Numbered from the stretch's first letter, positions 18,768 through 28,938 are shown. The stretch: DNA of 64,000 nt from Bacteroidales bacterium (GCA_020052415.1 JAGVPB010000094.1:102881-166880); one strand, 5' to 3'. Numbers and translations: made by a program. The notes: a model not told the origin generated them from the letters alone.

Positions 18768-18775
18768 TATTTTTG
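18768..18775 (+). promoter_or_regulatory. Bacteroidota -7 promoter element (TATTTTTG)
   Basis: TATTTTTG lies 53 nt upstream of the ATG at 18828. Confidence 0.3.
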
Positions 18776-18827
18776 CAGTCAAAATTCATTCCAATTGACA
18801 TTGTGTCATTAAAAGATAATTGAATTT

Positions 18828-19256
18828 ATGAAGTCGCTATTTAAAAATACAGGAATAATGCAATTCGAGAATTTTTTTATTACCGAAGAAAAATGCCTTG
18901 AATACCTTGCCGGTGAAAAATGGAGATCCGGCTTTATTTGTCGAAAATGCGGCCATAACAACTATTGCAAAGGGAAAAGTCCTTTTTCAAGAAGGTGTAC
19001 CAAATGTAAAACGGAAGAGTCAGCTAAAGCCCATACGATTTTTCATAAATGTAAATTTCCATTAACAGAAGCTTTTAAAATTGCGTACCTGGTTTGCCGC
19101 AATCGTGATATTTCTTCTTTTCAACTTTCGGAAGAGTTAAACCTTCGGCGAATGACCTGCTGGAAATTCAAAAAAAAGATTGCAGAATGTATTGATAAGA
19201 GGGGTGATATTGATATTCTTAAGAAAGAATTTTTAAAGAGCAACATTTTAGGCTAA
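18828..19256 (+). CDS. stand-alone IS1595-type transposase zinc-ribbon domain protein (no DDE catalytic domain)
   Basis: CLEYLAGEKWRSGFICRKCGHNNYCKGKSPFSRRCTKCKTEES resembles the Zn_Tnp_IS1595 N-terminal domain. The ORF is only 142 aa and no DDE domain follows. Confidence 0.6.
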   Translation: MKSLFKNTGIMQFENFFITEEKCLEYLAGEKWRSGFICRKCGHNNYCKGKSPFSRRCTKCKTEESAKAHTIFHKCKFPLTEAFKIAYLVCRNRDISSFQLSEELNLRRMTCWKFKKKIAECIDKRGDIDILKKEFLKSNILG

Positions 19257-19261
19257 AAACC

Positions 19262-19296
19262 AAAAAGCGCCTGCCATTTTCAGGCTGACGCTTTTT
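19262..19296 (+). terminator. imperfect bidirectional terminator hairpin between convergent genes
   Basis: AAAAAGCGCCTGCC pairs with GGCTGACGCTTTTT with two mismatches. It is flanked by an A-run and a T-run. Confidence 0.45.
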
Positions 19297-19390
19297 GGAT
19301 GAAAAAAATTACCAATTTATCCTGATTGATAAACGACATTAAAAAGGTTATATTGCAAATATTAAAAAATCCTCAAAAAATATTTCAGAA

Positions 19391-19924
19391 CTAAATTTCC
19401 CCCTGCTGTTTTGCCTTTTCTTCAAACTCCTTAATTAATTCTTCGGGCGATTTTCCCAGATTTTTAATAGATACTGAAGCATCGTCTGCGAATTCATCGT
19501 TCGGATATTTCTGAAGAAATTCTTCATAAATTCTTTTAGCCGTATTTAAATCCCCGATTTCATTTTCATAAACATAACCTTTCAAAAATAAACACTGAGG
19601 TGCTTTTTCATAGTCCGGAAAGTCTTTCAAAATTCTATCGAAAACCTTTATTGCCTTTTGCGGCATATTCAGGTTCATGGCCATGTCACCTGCTTTAAAA
19701 AGAAATTCCGGCGTATCAGAATCACCCGGAAATTCATCTGCATAAGACATATATGCGGCAACGAGAGTACCGGCCTTGTCTTTATCAATCATCTTATTTT
19801 CGTCGGAAAAAAGTTCTTCTTCAAGTGACTTAATAGTGTCCTTTTTATCCTTTTGTGGTGACGAACACGAAATAAAAAAGCCAATAGTCAATACCAAATT
19901 AATTGTTGAAATCCATTTTTTCAT
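19391..19924 (-). CDS. TPR-repeat lipoprotein (YbgF/CpoB-like)
   Basis: The internal start gives MKKWISTINLVLTIGFFISC (lipobox-like). TPR-like segments include AIKVFDRILKDFPDYEKAPQCLFLKGYVY. Confidence 0.55.
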   Translation of the reverse strand: MKKWISTINLVLTIGFFISCSSPQKDKKDTIKSLEEELFSDENKMIDKDKAGTLVAAYMSYADEFPGDSDTPEFLFKAGDMAMNLNMPQKAIKVFDRILKDFPDYEKAPQCLFLKGYVYENEIGDLNTAKRIYEEFLQKYPNDEFADDASVSIKNLGKSPEELIKEFEEKAKQQGEI

Positions 19925-19947
19925 AATTATATCGTTTATCATTTTAA

Positions 19948-20520
19948 TTAACGCTTATTCTTTTTTTTAAGAGGAAATATCATTTTATAGTCCACCTCAA
20001 TATTACCTTTCGAGATATCGAGCAACTTTCTTTTTAACAATACTTTGCGGAGGTTGCTTACCTTATCAACAAACAAAATGCCTTCGAGATGGTCGTACTC
20101 ATGCTGTATGATTCTTGCCATGACACTCGTATATTCTTCGTCAAAAAATTCCCAGTTTTCGTTGTAATACTGTATATGAATCTTAGGTTTTCGCATGATG
20201 TCCTCACGGACATCCGGAATACTCAAACAGCCTTCATTAAACATCCATTCATCTCCTTCTTGGTTTATGATTACCGGATTTATTAAAACTTTTTTAAATC
20301 CAACCGCCTGAGGGTCCTCTTTAGCGTATGGAGTTGCGTCCATAACGAGCAATCGTATCGAAAGGTTAACCTGTGGTGCAGCGAGGCCAACGCCTGAGGT
20401 TGCATACATGGTTTCAAACATATCTGAAATTAAACCGTTCAGATTCGGGTAATTCTTATCAATACTTTTTGCTACTTTCCTAAGAATTGGGTGGCCAAAT
20501 GCTGTAATAGGTAAAATCAT
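19948..20520 (-). CDS. def: peptide deformylase
   Basis: Motifs GVGLAAPQV, EGCLSIP and QHEYDHLEG are present. Confidence 0.95.
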   Translation of the reverse strand: MILPITAFGHPILRKVAKSIDKNYPNLNGLISDMFETMYATSGVGLAAPQVNLSIRLLVMDATPYAKEDPQAVGFKKVLINPVIINQEGDEWMFNEGCLSIPDVREDIMRKPKIHIQYYNENWEFFDEEYTSVMARIIQHEYDHLEGILFVDKVSNLRKVLLKRKLLDISKGNIEVDYKMIFPLKKKNKR

Positions 20521-20530
20521 TTTAACTTTT

Positions 20531-20956
20531 TTAATTACTTCTCTTTTTCAGGTGATCCATGAAGGATTGCAAAATCAGTACTGCGCTGATTTTATCAATA
20601 GTGGCCTTATTTTGTCTATCTTTTTTACTTATGCCTGACATTACCATTGTCTGTAATGCAATTTTCGATGTGAATCTTTCGTCAAATCTTTCGATCATCA
20701 CATCGGGAAATTCTCTCTTCAGCTTTCTTACGAACGGATCAATGAACTTAACAGCCTCAGAGAGTTGATTGTTCATCTTTCGTGGTTCACCAATAACAAA
20801 ACAATCTACATGCTCCCTGTTTAAATAATTTTTCAGATATAAAAATATATCTTTCGAATGTACTGTTTCAAGAGCATTGGCAATGATCCTGTTTTCATCA
20901 GTAACAGCAAGTCCCACACGTTTTTGACCAAAATCTATTGCTAAAATCCTTCCCAT
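20531..20956 (-). CDS. ruvX: Holliday junction resolvase-like protein RuvX (YqgF)
   Basis: The protein starts MGRILAIDFGQKRVGLAVTD. The start was moved to the internal ATG at 20956 because the track begins at an upstream non-ATG codon. Confidence 0.85.
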   Translation of the reverse strand: MGRILAIDFGQKRVGLAVTDENRIIANALETVHSKDIFLYLKNYLNREHVDCFVIGEPRKMNNQLSEAVKFIDPFVRKLKREFPDVMIERFDERFTSKIALQTMVMSGISKKDRQNKATIDKISAVLILQSFMDHLKKRSN

Positions 20957-21039
20957 TTTCGTAGTATTCTTTGAATTCAATCCGTCATCCTCCAGTCCCG
21001 GCAAAATTATAAAGAAGTTTAGATTTCAGGAAAAATATC

Positions 21040-21047
21040 TATTTTTG
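21040..21047 (+). promoter_or_regulatory. Bacteroidota -7 promoter element (TATTTTTG)
   Basis: TATTTTTG lies 19 nt upstream of the dapD ATG at 21066. Confidence 0.3.
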
Positions 21048-21065
21048 ACTACCTAATTAAAGGCA

Positions 21066-21884
21066 ATGTACGAGATTCTGAAGAATGAAATAGAAAAAGC
21101 ATGGGAAAACCGATCTTTACTGAATCAGGAATCTGTAAAGGATTCTATAAGGCAAATAATAGGATTGCTCGATTCCGGCGCTTTAAGGATCGCGGAATTT
21201 TCAAATAATGAATGGCTGGTCAATGAATGGACCAAAAAAGCAGTGATATTGTATTTCCTGATTCAAAAAATGGTGAAAACAGAGATTGGCCCGTTTGAAT
21301 TCCATGATAAAATTCCACTTAAAACAAAGTATTCCGAGATGGGCATAAGGGTTGCACCTCCCGCAATTGCAAGGTACGGTTCGTATATCGCTCCGGGTGT
21401 TATCCTGATGCCATCATACGTTAATATCGGTGCTTATATTGACAGTGGAACTATGGTGGATACATGGGCAACGGTTGGATCATGTGCTCAGATCGGTAAA
21501 AACGTTCATCTGAGCGGTGGTGTCGGAATTGGTGGTGTTCTCGAACCACCGCAGGCAACACCTGTCATAATTGAGGACGGATGCTTCATTGGTTCAAGGA
21601 GCATTGTTGTTGAAGGAGTAATTGTAGAAAAGGAAGCTGTCCTGGGAGCCAATGTGGTTCTGACCATGTCAACAAAAATAATTGATGTTACTGGAACTTC
21701 GCCTGTCGAATCGAAAGGCAAAATTCCTTCCCGGTCTGTTGTTATTCCGGGTTCAATTACAAGAAGTTTCCCGGCAGGTGAGTTTAATGTTTCATGTGCA
21801 CTTATTATTGGTAAAAGAAAGGAATCAACCGATTTAAAAACTTCACTTAATAAAGCCCTGAGAGAATATGACGTTGCAGTCTGA
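21066..21884 (+). CDS. dapD: 2,3,4,5-tetrahydropyridine-2,6-dicarboxylate N-succinyltransferase
   Basis: The left-handed beta-helix hexapeptide region reads MPSYVNIGAYIDSGTMVDTWATVGSCAQIGKNVHLSGGVGIGGVLEP. Confidence 0.85.
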   Translation: MYEILKNEIEKAWENRSLLNQESVKDSIRQIIGLLDSGALRIAEFSNNEWLVNEWTKKAVILYFLIQKMVKTEIGPFEFHDKIPLKTKYSEMGIRVAPPAIARYGSYIAPGVILMPSYVNIGAYIDSGTMVDTWATVGSCAQIGKNVHLSGGVGIGGVLEPPQATPVIIEDGCFIGSRSIVVEGVIVEKEAVLGANVVLTMSTKIIDVTGTSPVESKGKIPSRSVVIPGSITRSFPAGEFNVSCALIIGKRKESTDLKTSLNKALREYDVAV

Positions 21885-22881
21885 TAATTCAAAATATCAT
21901 AAATTCCTGGTCATTCAGACAGCTTCGATTGGCGATGTAATTCTGGCTACTCCGGTTATTGAAAAATTACATAATTATTTTCCGGACTGTGAAATTGATT
22001 TCCTATTAAAAAAGGGTAATGAATCTCTATTTGAATCACATCCTTTTCTTCATAAGATATTGCTGTGGGAGAAATCTGTAAATAAGTATAAAAACCTGTT
22101 GTCTCTCCTTGCCTTAGTTCGAAGGCAGAGGTACGATTGTGTGATCAATATTCAAAGATTTGCTTCATCAGGTTTGATTACACTTTATTCCGGCGCCAAA
22201 CATAAAATCGGTTTTAATAAAAATCCCCTTTCACTTTTCTTTAACACACGGGTAAAACATAAAATTATTCATGGAAACCTCCATGAGGCCGAACGTAACC
22301 TTGACCTGATAAGAATATTAACTGATGATGCCTCATTTCCGGTGAAGCTTTATCCGGGCAAAAACCATTTCGCAAAAGTATCACAGTATAAAACTGTCAG
22401 GTACATTACGATTTCACCTGCTTCCCTTTGGTTCACAAAGCAATACCCCTTTGAAAAATGGGTTGAATTCGCAGGTGAAACCGGTGAAGACATCAGGATA
22501 TATTTCCTGGGATCGGTAAATGATCAGGATTTCTGCGATCGCATAATAAAAAAATCAGGACATAAAGATTCCCTTAACCTTGCAGGGAAGTTAAGTTTTT
22601 TAGAGTCAGCTGCACTGATGAAGGATGCTATAATGAATTTCGTAAATGATTCTGCTCCTTTGCATCTTGCCTCAGCGATGAATGCGCCAACCACAGCTAT
22701 TTTTTGTTCGACTATTCCCGAATTCGGATTTGGCCCGCTGTCAGAAAATTCAGAAATTGTTCAAACTACGGAAAAACTTGCTTGCCGTCCCTGCGGATTA
22801 CATGGCTTTGACAAATGTCCGGAAAAGCACTTTAAATGTGCATTAACCATTAATAAAAACGTTTTATTAAACAGGATATGA
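21868..22881 (+). CDS. glycosyltransferase family 9 (heptosyltransferase-like)
   Basis: FLVIQTASIGDVILATPVIEKL and the C-terminal NDSAPLHLASAMNAPTTAIF are typical of GT9. Confidence 0.75.
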   Translation: MTLQSDNSKYHKFLVIQTASIGDVILATPVIEKLHNYFPDCEIDFLLKKGNESLFESHPFLHKILLWEKSVNKYKNLLSLLALVRRQRYDCVINIQRFASSGLITLYSGAKHKIGFNKNPLSLFFNTRVKHKIIHGNLHEAERNLDLIRILTDDASFPVKLYPGKNHFAKVSQYKTVRYITISPASLWFTKQYPFEKWVEFAGETGEDIRIYFLGSVNDQDFCDRIIKKSGHKDSLNLAGKLSFLESAALMKDAIMNFVNDSAPLHLASAMNAPTTAIFCSTIPEFGFGPLSENSEIVQTTEKLACRPCGLHGFDKCPEKHFKCALTINKNVLLNRI

Positions 22882-23447
22882 TAATTGAAGAAGATATCAA
22901 TAAGGCCGTTGAAGTTTTAAAAGGAGGAGGTATAATTTTGTACCCAACCGATACTATATGGGGCATAGGGTGTGATGCTACCAATAGCCGGGCCGTTCAA
23001 AAAATTATAAAAATAAAGAGCCGTCCCAAAGGATTCAGTTTTATTATTCTGCTTGAAAAGAACAGCAGGATATCCGAATATGTTCAGGAAATTCCTGATA
23101 TTACATGGGATTTGCTAAAAAGCTTCGATACTCCTACTACAATAATTTATTCAAAAGCAAAACATCTTGCAAAAAATGTACCGGCTAATGACGGAAGTAT
23201 TGCAATCCGAATTGTGAAGGATGAATTTTGCCGACGGCTAATCAGCCGGCTTGGAAAGCCAATTATTTCGACATCTGCAAATTTTTCAGGAGAACCTTCA
23301 CCACTTATGTTTAAGGATATTTCTCCCGAACTTAAAAAAAAAGTTGACTACGTTGTGGTTTCAAATCAAAACAAATTAAATAAAGTCAAAGCATCAACAA
23401 TTATAAAGCTGAAGCCAAACGGAGAGTTTGATGTTGTGAGGCAATAA
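22878..23447 (+). CDS. tsaC: L-threonylcarbamoyladenylate synthase (YrdC/TsaC family)
   Basis: ILYPTDTIWGIGCDA and ISTSANFSGEP are present. The start overlaps the upstream stop (ATGA). Confidence 0.8.
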   Translation: MIIEEDINKAVEVLKGGGIILYPTDTIWGIGCDATNSRAVQKIIKIKSRPKGFSFIILLEKNSRISEYVQEIPDITWDLLKSFDTPTTIIYSKAKHLAKNVPANDGSIAIRIVKDEFCRRLISRLGKPIISTSANFSGEPSPLMFKDISPELKKKVDYVVVSNQNKLNKVKASTIIKLKPNGEFDVVRQ

Positions 23448-23502
23448 TAATTTGAAGATTAATTGAGTTAAATTGGAAAAATTTTAAACATTTAGATTCT
23501 TA

Positions 23503-24297
23503 ATGATAAAAGTCGGCTTAATTCAATTTGAACCCAAACTGGGTAAACCGGTGGAAAATATTTCCACACTTCAGGGCCTGCTTGAAAGGGCGCATGGGGC
23601 AGATTTGATTGTATTACCTGAACTTTCCAATTCGGGATATAATTTCGAATCCCGCATGCAGGCATTTGAACTTTCAGAGGAAATAAAATCCGGCGATTAC
23701 ACTGAATTTCTTACCGCACAGGCAAAAAAGAATAATGAATACTTTGTTTCAGGAATCAATGAACGGGCGGAAAATAAACTTTTCAATTCATCAATACTTG
23801 TCGGTCCAAACGGATTGATCGGAACATACAGAAAAATTCATCTTTTCATGAATGAGAAAGACATTTTTGAAAAGGGTGATCTGGAACTTAAAGTTTTTGA
23901 TCTTGGATTTTGCAAAACAGGAATGCTAATTTGTTTCGACTGGATATTTCCTGAGGTTTGGCGAATACTGGCCTTAAAAGGTGCCGATGTAATTTGTCAT
24001 CCATCTAATCTTGTTTTGCCTTATGCGCAACAGGCTGTTCCGGTTCACGGTATGATCAACCGCACTTTCAATATTACAGCCAACCGGATTGGAACAGAAA
24101 AATCATTGACTTTCACAGGGCAATCTTTTATATCGGACCCATCGGGTACAATTCTGAAAATGGCTTCACTGGACAAAGCGGAAATAATACTGGTGGACAT
24201 TGACCCGCAAAAAGCCAGGAATAAAATGATAACTGAAAGAAACCATGCTTTCAATGACAGAATACCATCAGCCTATACTTTTCTTACGCAAAATTAA
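23503..24297 (+). CDS. carbon-nitrogen hydrolase (nitrilase superfamily) protein
   Basis: The Glu/Lys/Cys triad contexts are LPELSNSGY, YRKIHLF and GMLICFDWIFPE. Confidence 0.8.
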   Translation: MIKVGLIQFEPKLGKPVENISTLQGLLERAHGADLIVLPELSNSGYNFESRMQAFELSEEIKSGDYTEFLTAQAKKNNEYFVSGINERAENKLFNSSILVGPNGLIGTYRKIHLFMNEKDIFEKGDLELKVFDLGFCKTGMLICFDWIFPEVWRILALKGADVICHPSNLVLPYAQQAVPVHGMINRTFNITANRIGTEKSLTFTGQSFISDPSGTILKMASLDKAEIILVDIDPQKARNKMITERNHAFNDRIPSAYTFLTQN

Positions 24298-24405
24298 AAT
24301 TTGAATAATAATTCGCTTTCTTCTTACAAAATAATCCTCTAAGCTTCTCACAGCTAAGATTTGCATTCGAGTAAAGCTACAAAAAACCAATGAGATAAAA
24401 AGTTT

Positions 24406-24413
24406 TAATTTTG
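24406..24413 (+). promoter_or_regulatory. Bacteroidota -7 promoter element (TAATTTTG)
   Basis: TAATTTTG lies 37 nt upstream of the ATG at 24450. Confidence 0.3.
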
Positions 24414-24449
24414 CACCGGTTTTTAAACTGACTAATCATCATAATAATA

Positions 24450-26492
24450 ATGTCAGAAAGAGTTAAATATACTATTGAAAAGACCCCGAAAGAAACGCTT
24501 CAAAGGTGGTACTACCTGATGGCACTCGGCAGGGCATTGGATGAAAAAGCACCGAATTATTTAAAGCAGGCGCTTGGATGGTCGTACCATGCACCCTATG
24601 CTGGTCACGATGGAATACAACTTGCCATAGGGCAGGTATTCGATAAAAATACCGACCACCTTTTCCCTTACTACCGCGATATGCTTACCGTAATATCAGC
24701 CGGGCTGACGGCTGAAGAAATTATTCTCAACGGTATATCAAAAGCTACAGATATTGCAGGAGGAGGACGGCACATGTCGAATCACTTTGCAAAGCCTGAG
24801 TGGCATATTCATAATGTTTCTTCTGCAACCGGAAACCACACATTACACGCAGCAGGTGTTGCACGGGCGATAAAAAAGTACAACATCGCTGGTATTGCAA
24901 TCAGTTCACAGGGCGAATCTTCTATGTCGGAGGGTTTTGTTTACGAAGCAATAAATGGAGCAAGCAACGAAAAATTACCGGTGATCTTTGTAATACAGGA
25001 TAACCGGTTCGGAATATCAGTTCCGAAAAAGGATCAAACTGCCAATCTTCATGCTGCAGATAATTTCAGGGGATTCAAAAACCTTAAGATTTTCAAATGT
25101 GATGGGAAAAATGTATTCGAAGCAATGAATACTATGGCTGAAGCTAAAAACTATGTTCAACAAAACCAAATGCCGGCTCTTGTGCATGCTTCAGTGGTTA
25201 GGATCGGCTCCCATTCCAATTCGGATGATCAATTACTCTACAGGGATGATAATGAATTACATTGCATAAAGGCATCGGATCCATTTTTACGGTTCAAAAA
25301 AATAATGATAGCTGCCGGAAGATTTAGTGAGGATGAATTAAAGAAAATTGACGAGGACATTAAAGCGGAAGTATCAAAAGCTCATAAAGCAGCTCTGAAA
25401 GCGCCGGATCCAACTCCGGAATCTATAAATAATCACATAATTCCTGAGCCTTATATTTCGGTAAAATATCCTGAAGGCCTACACGATGGGCAGGGAACCA
25501 AAAAAAAACTGATTGCTGCATTGAATGAAACGCTGAAGGCTGAATTCAGGCTAAATCCTGATGCTTATATCTGGGGCCAGGATGTAGCACATAAAGAGAA
25601 AGGCGGAGTATTTAATGTGACAAAAGGGATGCAACAGGAATTTGGCAAAGAACGGGTTTTCAATGCACCGATTGCGGAGGATTATATCGTAGGGACAGCA
25701 AACGGCATGAGCCGGTTCGATGATAAAATAAGGTTAGTCATTGAAGGAGCCGAATTTGCTGATTATTTCTGGCCAGCCATGGAACAGTTTGTGGAGCTTA
25801 CCCATGAATATTGGCGAACCAACGGTCAATATTCACCCAACGTAACCATACGATTAGCTTCTGGCGGGTATATTGGCGGAGGACTTTACCATTCACAAAC
25901 AACGGAAGGGGCCTTGACAACTTTTCCCGGCATTCGTGTTGTATATCCTTCATTTGCTGATGATGCAGCCGGGTTATTGCGAACCAGCATACGGTCAAAA
26001 GGACCGACACTTTTCCTTGAGCCTAAAGCACTCTATAATGATCCCAAAGCTGAAGCAGCTTTCCCTGATGATTTTGAAGTTCCATTTGGAAAAGCCCGTA
26101 TCCGAAGACCTGGCCGGGATATTACCATTATCACTTATGGTAATACTACTCATATGTGTTTAGAAGCTGCAGTTAGGTTAGCTAAAGAAACCGGTAAAGA
26201 GGCAGAAGTGATTGATTTGCGTTCGCTTATTCCTTTGGATAAGGTTACCATATTGAATTCGTTAAAAAAGACCAACAGGGTATTGGTAGTTCATGAAGAT
26301 AAGGTGTTCAGCGGATTTGGAGGCGAAATTGCCGCTTTAATAGCTGATGAAGCTTTTGAATTTCTTGATGCGCCGGTTAAAAGGGTCGGATCAACATTTA
26401 CCCCGGTAGGATTTAACCGTATTCTTGAGAAAGCGATATTGCCGAATATTGAGAAGATTTACAAAGCAGCCCTGGATTTGATTGCTTATTGA
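24450..26492 (+). CDS. 2-oxoacid (branched-chain alpha-keto acid type) dehydrogenase E1 component, fused alpha/beta subunits
   Basis: The 680-aa protein has an N-terminal TPP-binding alpha-like half (GQGESSMSEGFVYEAINGA) and a C-terminal beta-like half (FNAPIAEDYIVGTANGM, transketolase-C-like end). Confidence 0.85.
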   Translation: MSERVKYTIEKTPKETLQRWYYLMALGRALDEKAPNYLKQALGWSYHAPYAGHDGIQLAIGQVFDKNTDHLFPYYRDMLTVISAGLTAEEIILNGISKATDIAGGGRHMSNHFAKPEWHIHNVSSATGNHTLHAAGVARAIKKYNIAGIAISSQGESSMSEGFVYEAINGASNEKLPVIFVIQDNRFGISVPKKDQTANLHAADNFRGFKNLKIFKCDGKNVFEAMNTMAEAKNYVQQNQMPALVHASVVRIGSHSNSDDQLLYRDDNELHCIKASDPFLRFKKIMIAAGRFSEDELKKIDEDIKAEVSKAHKAALKAPDPTPESINNHIIPEPYISVKYPEGLHDGQGTKKKLIAALNETLKAEFRLNPDAYIWGQDVAHKEKGGVFNVTKGMQQEFGKERVFNAPIAEDYIVGTANGMSRFDDKIRLVIEGAEFADYFWPAMEQFVELTHEYWRTNGQYSPNVTIRLASGGYIGGGLYHSQTTEGALTTFPGIRVVYPSFADDAAGLLRTSIRSKGPTLFLEPKALYNDPKAEAAFPDDFEVPFGKARIRRPGRDITIITYGNTTHMCLEAAVRLAKETGKEAEVIDLRSLIPLDKVTILNSLKKTNRVLVVHEDKVFSGFGGEIAALIADEAFEFLDAPVKRVGSTFTPVGFNRILEKAILPNIEKIYKAALDLIAY

Positions 26493-26548
26493 TCGAATTC
26501 TATAGTTTCTTTTGATAATTGCAGATAACCAGAACAAGAATTAATGGT

Positions 26549-27838
26549 ATGAAGAAGTTTTTCAATAAAAGAGTCAGGGGATGGTTTTTCACAATCCTGG
26601 TAATCATTCTCACCTTTGAATTATCACCTTACATTCTTTCTCCTCTCCTTTTAAGACATTCCTTTTCAAGGAGGGATATTAAAGCAGAATTGAAAAATAC
26701 AGCTTCAACAGAGGAAAATAACGAAAAACAGGAATCATCCAATTCCAACGAATATCTTGGCGACCATATTTTGCATCCATATATGGGTTTTGTTAGTATT
26801 CCCCACCCTAACTACAATGATTTTTGCTTTCCCGGAATAAACCCGGTCACCAAAAAATCAAAAGATAAAATCCATTTGGTAATCATGGGAGGTTCGGTTG
26901 CAAAAGATATCTACAATTATACCGGTGAACGAATAATTCGCAAATTAAAGGAATCGCCAAAATTCAAAGGGAAGGAAATTGATATCGTTGTGTTCGCATT
27001 GGGAGGTTTTAAACAGCCGCAGCAGCTTATGGCTCTTAATTATTTTATGGCACTCGGAGCGGAATATGATATTATCATTAACATTGACGGGTTCAATGAA
27101 ATCGTTTTGCCATATTCTGACAATCTTCCAAACCACGTGTTCCCATCCTATCCACGGCATTGGAATATCTATTCACGGAAAAAACTTGATTCAAAAGTTA
27201 CCTTGCTCATGGGAAAACAGGCGGTAATCAAGAATAACATTAATGATGGCAAACATTTCATGGGCGGTTCAATTATAAAGAACTGCAACTTTTCATTATT
27301 TATTTGGAAAATAATTGAAAATAAAAGAAATCAGGATTTGGCAAGCCTTGAGTCACTGTTAAGAAATGCAGTTGAAAACAGTGAATCGGATTATCAGTCA
27401 ACCGGTATTTATACGACGGTGAAGGATACACTTGAATTCATGAAAGAGCAGGCAAAATTCTGGAGCACATCGTCACGACAAATCGCATATCTTGAAAAAC
27501 CCGCAGGTTTTGAATATTATCATTTTCTACAACCTAACCAGTATGCAGAGGGCTCAAAAGTAATGACCCGTGAAGAAATGGAAATTGCTTTTGAAAGCAA
27601 TCCGTTTGCATACAAAGATGCCGTGAGAATTGGATATCCTCTGTTAAAAGAAGAAGGAAATAATCTGACCGCCGAGGGTGTTAATTTCACCGATTTGACA
27701 AGCTTGTTCATAAATGAAAAACGAAGCGTTTACAATGATAAATGCTGTCACTTCAACCGGCTTGGCTATGACATTATCGCTGATAAAATTTGCGAAACAA
27801 TTATCAGTAAGACTTCCGATCATTCAACCGGCCTATGA
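26549..27838 (+). CDS. membrane-anchored hypothetical protein, possibly SGNH-like
   Basis: The N-terminal TM is WFFTILVIILTF. MGGSVAKD and the C-terminal DKCCHFNRLGYDIIADKI are reminiscent of SGNH block I and the DxxH block V. The start was moved to the ATG at 26549. Confidence 0.4.
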   Translation: MKKFFNKRVRGWFFTILVIILTFELSPYILSPLLLRHSFSRRDIKAELKNTASTEENNEKQESSNSNEYLGDHILHPYMGFVSIPHPNYNDFCFPGINPVTKKSKDKIHLVIMGGSVAKDIYNYTGERIIRKLKESPKFKGKEIDIVVFALGGFKQPQQLMALNYFMALGAEYDIIINIDGFNEIVLPYSDNLPNHVFPSYPRHWNIYSRKKLDSKVTLLMGKQAVIKNNINDGKHFMGGSIIKNCNFSLFIWKIIENKRNQDLASLESLLRNAVENSESDYQSTGIYTTVKDTLEFMKEQAKFWSTSSRQIAYLEKPAGFEYYHFLQPNQYAEGSKVMTREEMEIAFESNPFAYKDAVRIGYPLLKEEGNNLTAEGVNFTDLTSLFINEKRSVYNDKCCHFNRLGYDIIADKICETIISKTSDHSTGL

Positions 27839-28938
27839 ATTCAAAACAGAATGGACGGTGGTTTGAAAAACATCCTGCAATAGTTTTTTCACTCTTTATT
27901 GTCGGCGGAATTCTCGCGATTGATTTTGTATGCTCTGTCTTCATTATTCCTGAGGATTACAATTCCTTCAGGGCTCCAAATCCAAACTATCATCATGATT
28001 TACTTGCGAACCAGGAATCAAAAAATATTTGGGGGGACAGGATTTTCAATATATATACCAATTCTCTTGGTTTTAAAGATAAATCTTGTCGTAAAGTAAC
28101 TTTAACAACGGATAAGAAACGGATTCTTTTTATCGGTGATTCATTTACTGAAAGTATGGGAATGACCTGGGAAGAAAGTTTTATAGGAGTGCTCAGTGAA
28201 AAATTGAAGGAGGTTGAAATTCTCAATGCCGGGGTAGTAAGTTATAGTCCAAAACTTTACTATTTGAAAGTTAAATATCTCCTGGAATATGTTAGGTTGA
28301 AATTTGACGAACTATATGTATTCATTGATAACAGTGACCCACTGAATGAGATCACTTACCAGGATTTCGAACCTTATGATAAAAACGCCATGAAAAAGTT
28401 TGGATATATTGTAAACCGTTTTTTATTCACTCATTCCTATCTCTATTATTCAATTTCCGGTAAAATTACGAGCAATCGTAAATCACGTGTTACCGAAAGC
28501 TGGAACCCGGTGAGCGGACAGAGTGTGCTTGACGAATTTTCAAAGGAAGATGCAAACTTTATTGCAGCCACACTTAACTGGAGTTATTCACCTGATATTT
28601 TTGAAAAATGGGGTAAAAAAGGTCTTCAGCTTGCAGCAGAAAACATGCAAAAACTTTGTGATAAGTGTAATCAAAATAATATAAAAGTTACCGTGGTCAT
28701 TTATCCCTGGCCTTCAATGATAGTGAATAAAGACATTAATAATGTGCAGGTTATTTTTTGGGATAATTTCTGTCAAAAAAACAACCTACGCTTCCTGAAC
28801 CTTTACCCAAAGTTCATTTCCGGTGAAGATCCAAAGGAGGTTATAAGAAAATATTTTATTACTGGCGACGTGCATTGGAGTGAAGAGGGCAACCGGCATG
28901 TTGCGGACATACTAAAAAACTATATTTACAACCAATAG
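27835..28938 (+). CDS. membrane-anchored SGNH/GDSL-type hydrolase or acyltransferase
   Basis: The N-terminal TM is AIVFSLFIVGGILAI. ILFIGDSFTES is the GDS block and GDVHWSEEGNRHVA is the DxxH block. The start overlaps the upstream stop (ATGA). Confidence 0.6.
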   Translation: MNSKQNGRWFEKHPAIVFSLFIVGGILAIDFVCSVFIIPEDYNSFRAPNPNYHHDLLANQESKNIWGDRIFNIYTNSLGFKDKSCRKVTLTTDKKRILFIGDSFTESMGMTWEESFIGVLSEKLKEVEILNAGVVSYSPKLYYLKVKYLLEYVRLKFDELYVFIDNSDPLNEITYQDFEPYDKNAMKKFGYIVNRFLFTHSYLYYSISGKITSNRKSRVTESWNPVSGQSVLDEFSKEDANFIAATLNWSYSPDIFEKWGKKGLQLAAENMQKLCDKCNQNNIKVTVVIYPWPSMIVNKDINNVQVIFWDNFCQKNNLRFLNLYPKFISGEDPKEVIRKYFITGDVHWSEEGNRHVADILKNYIYNQ

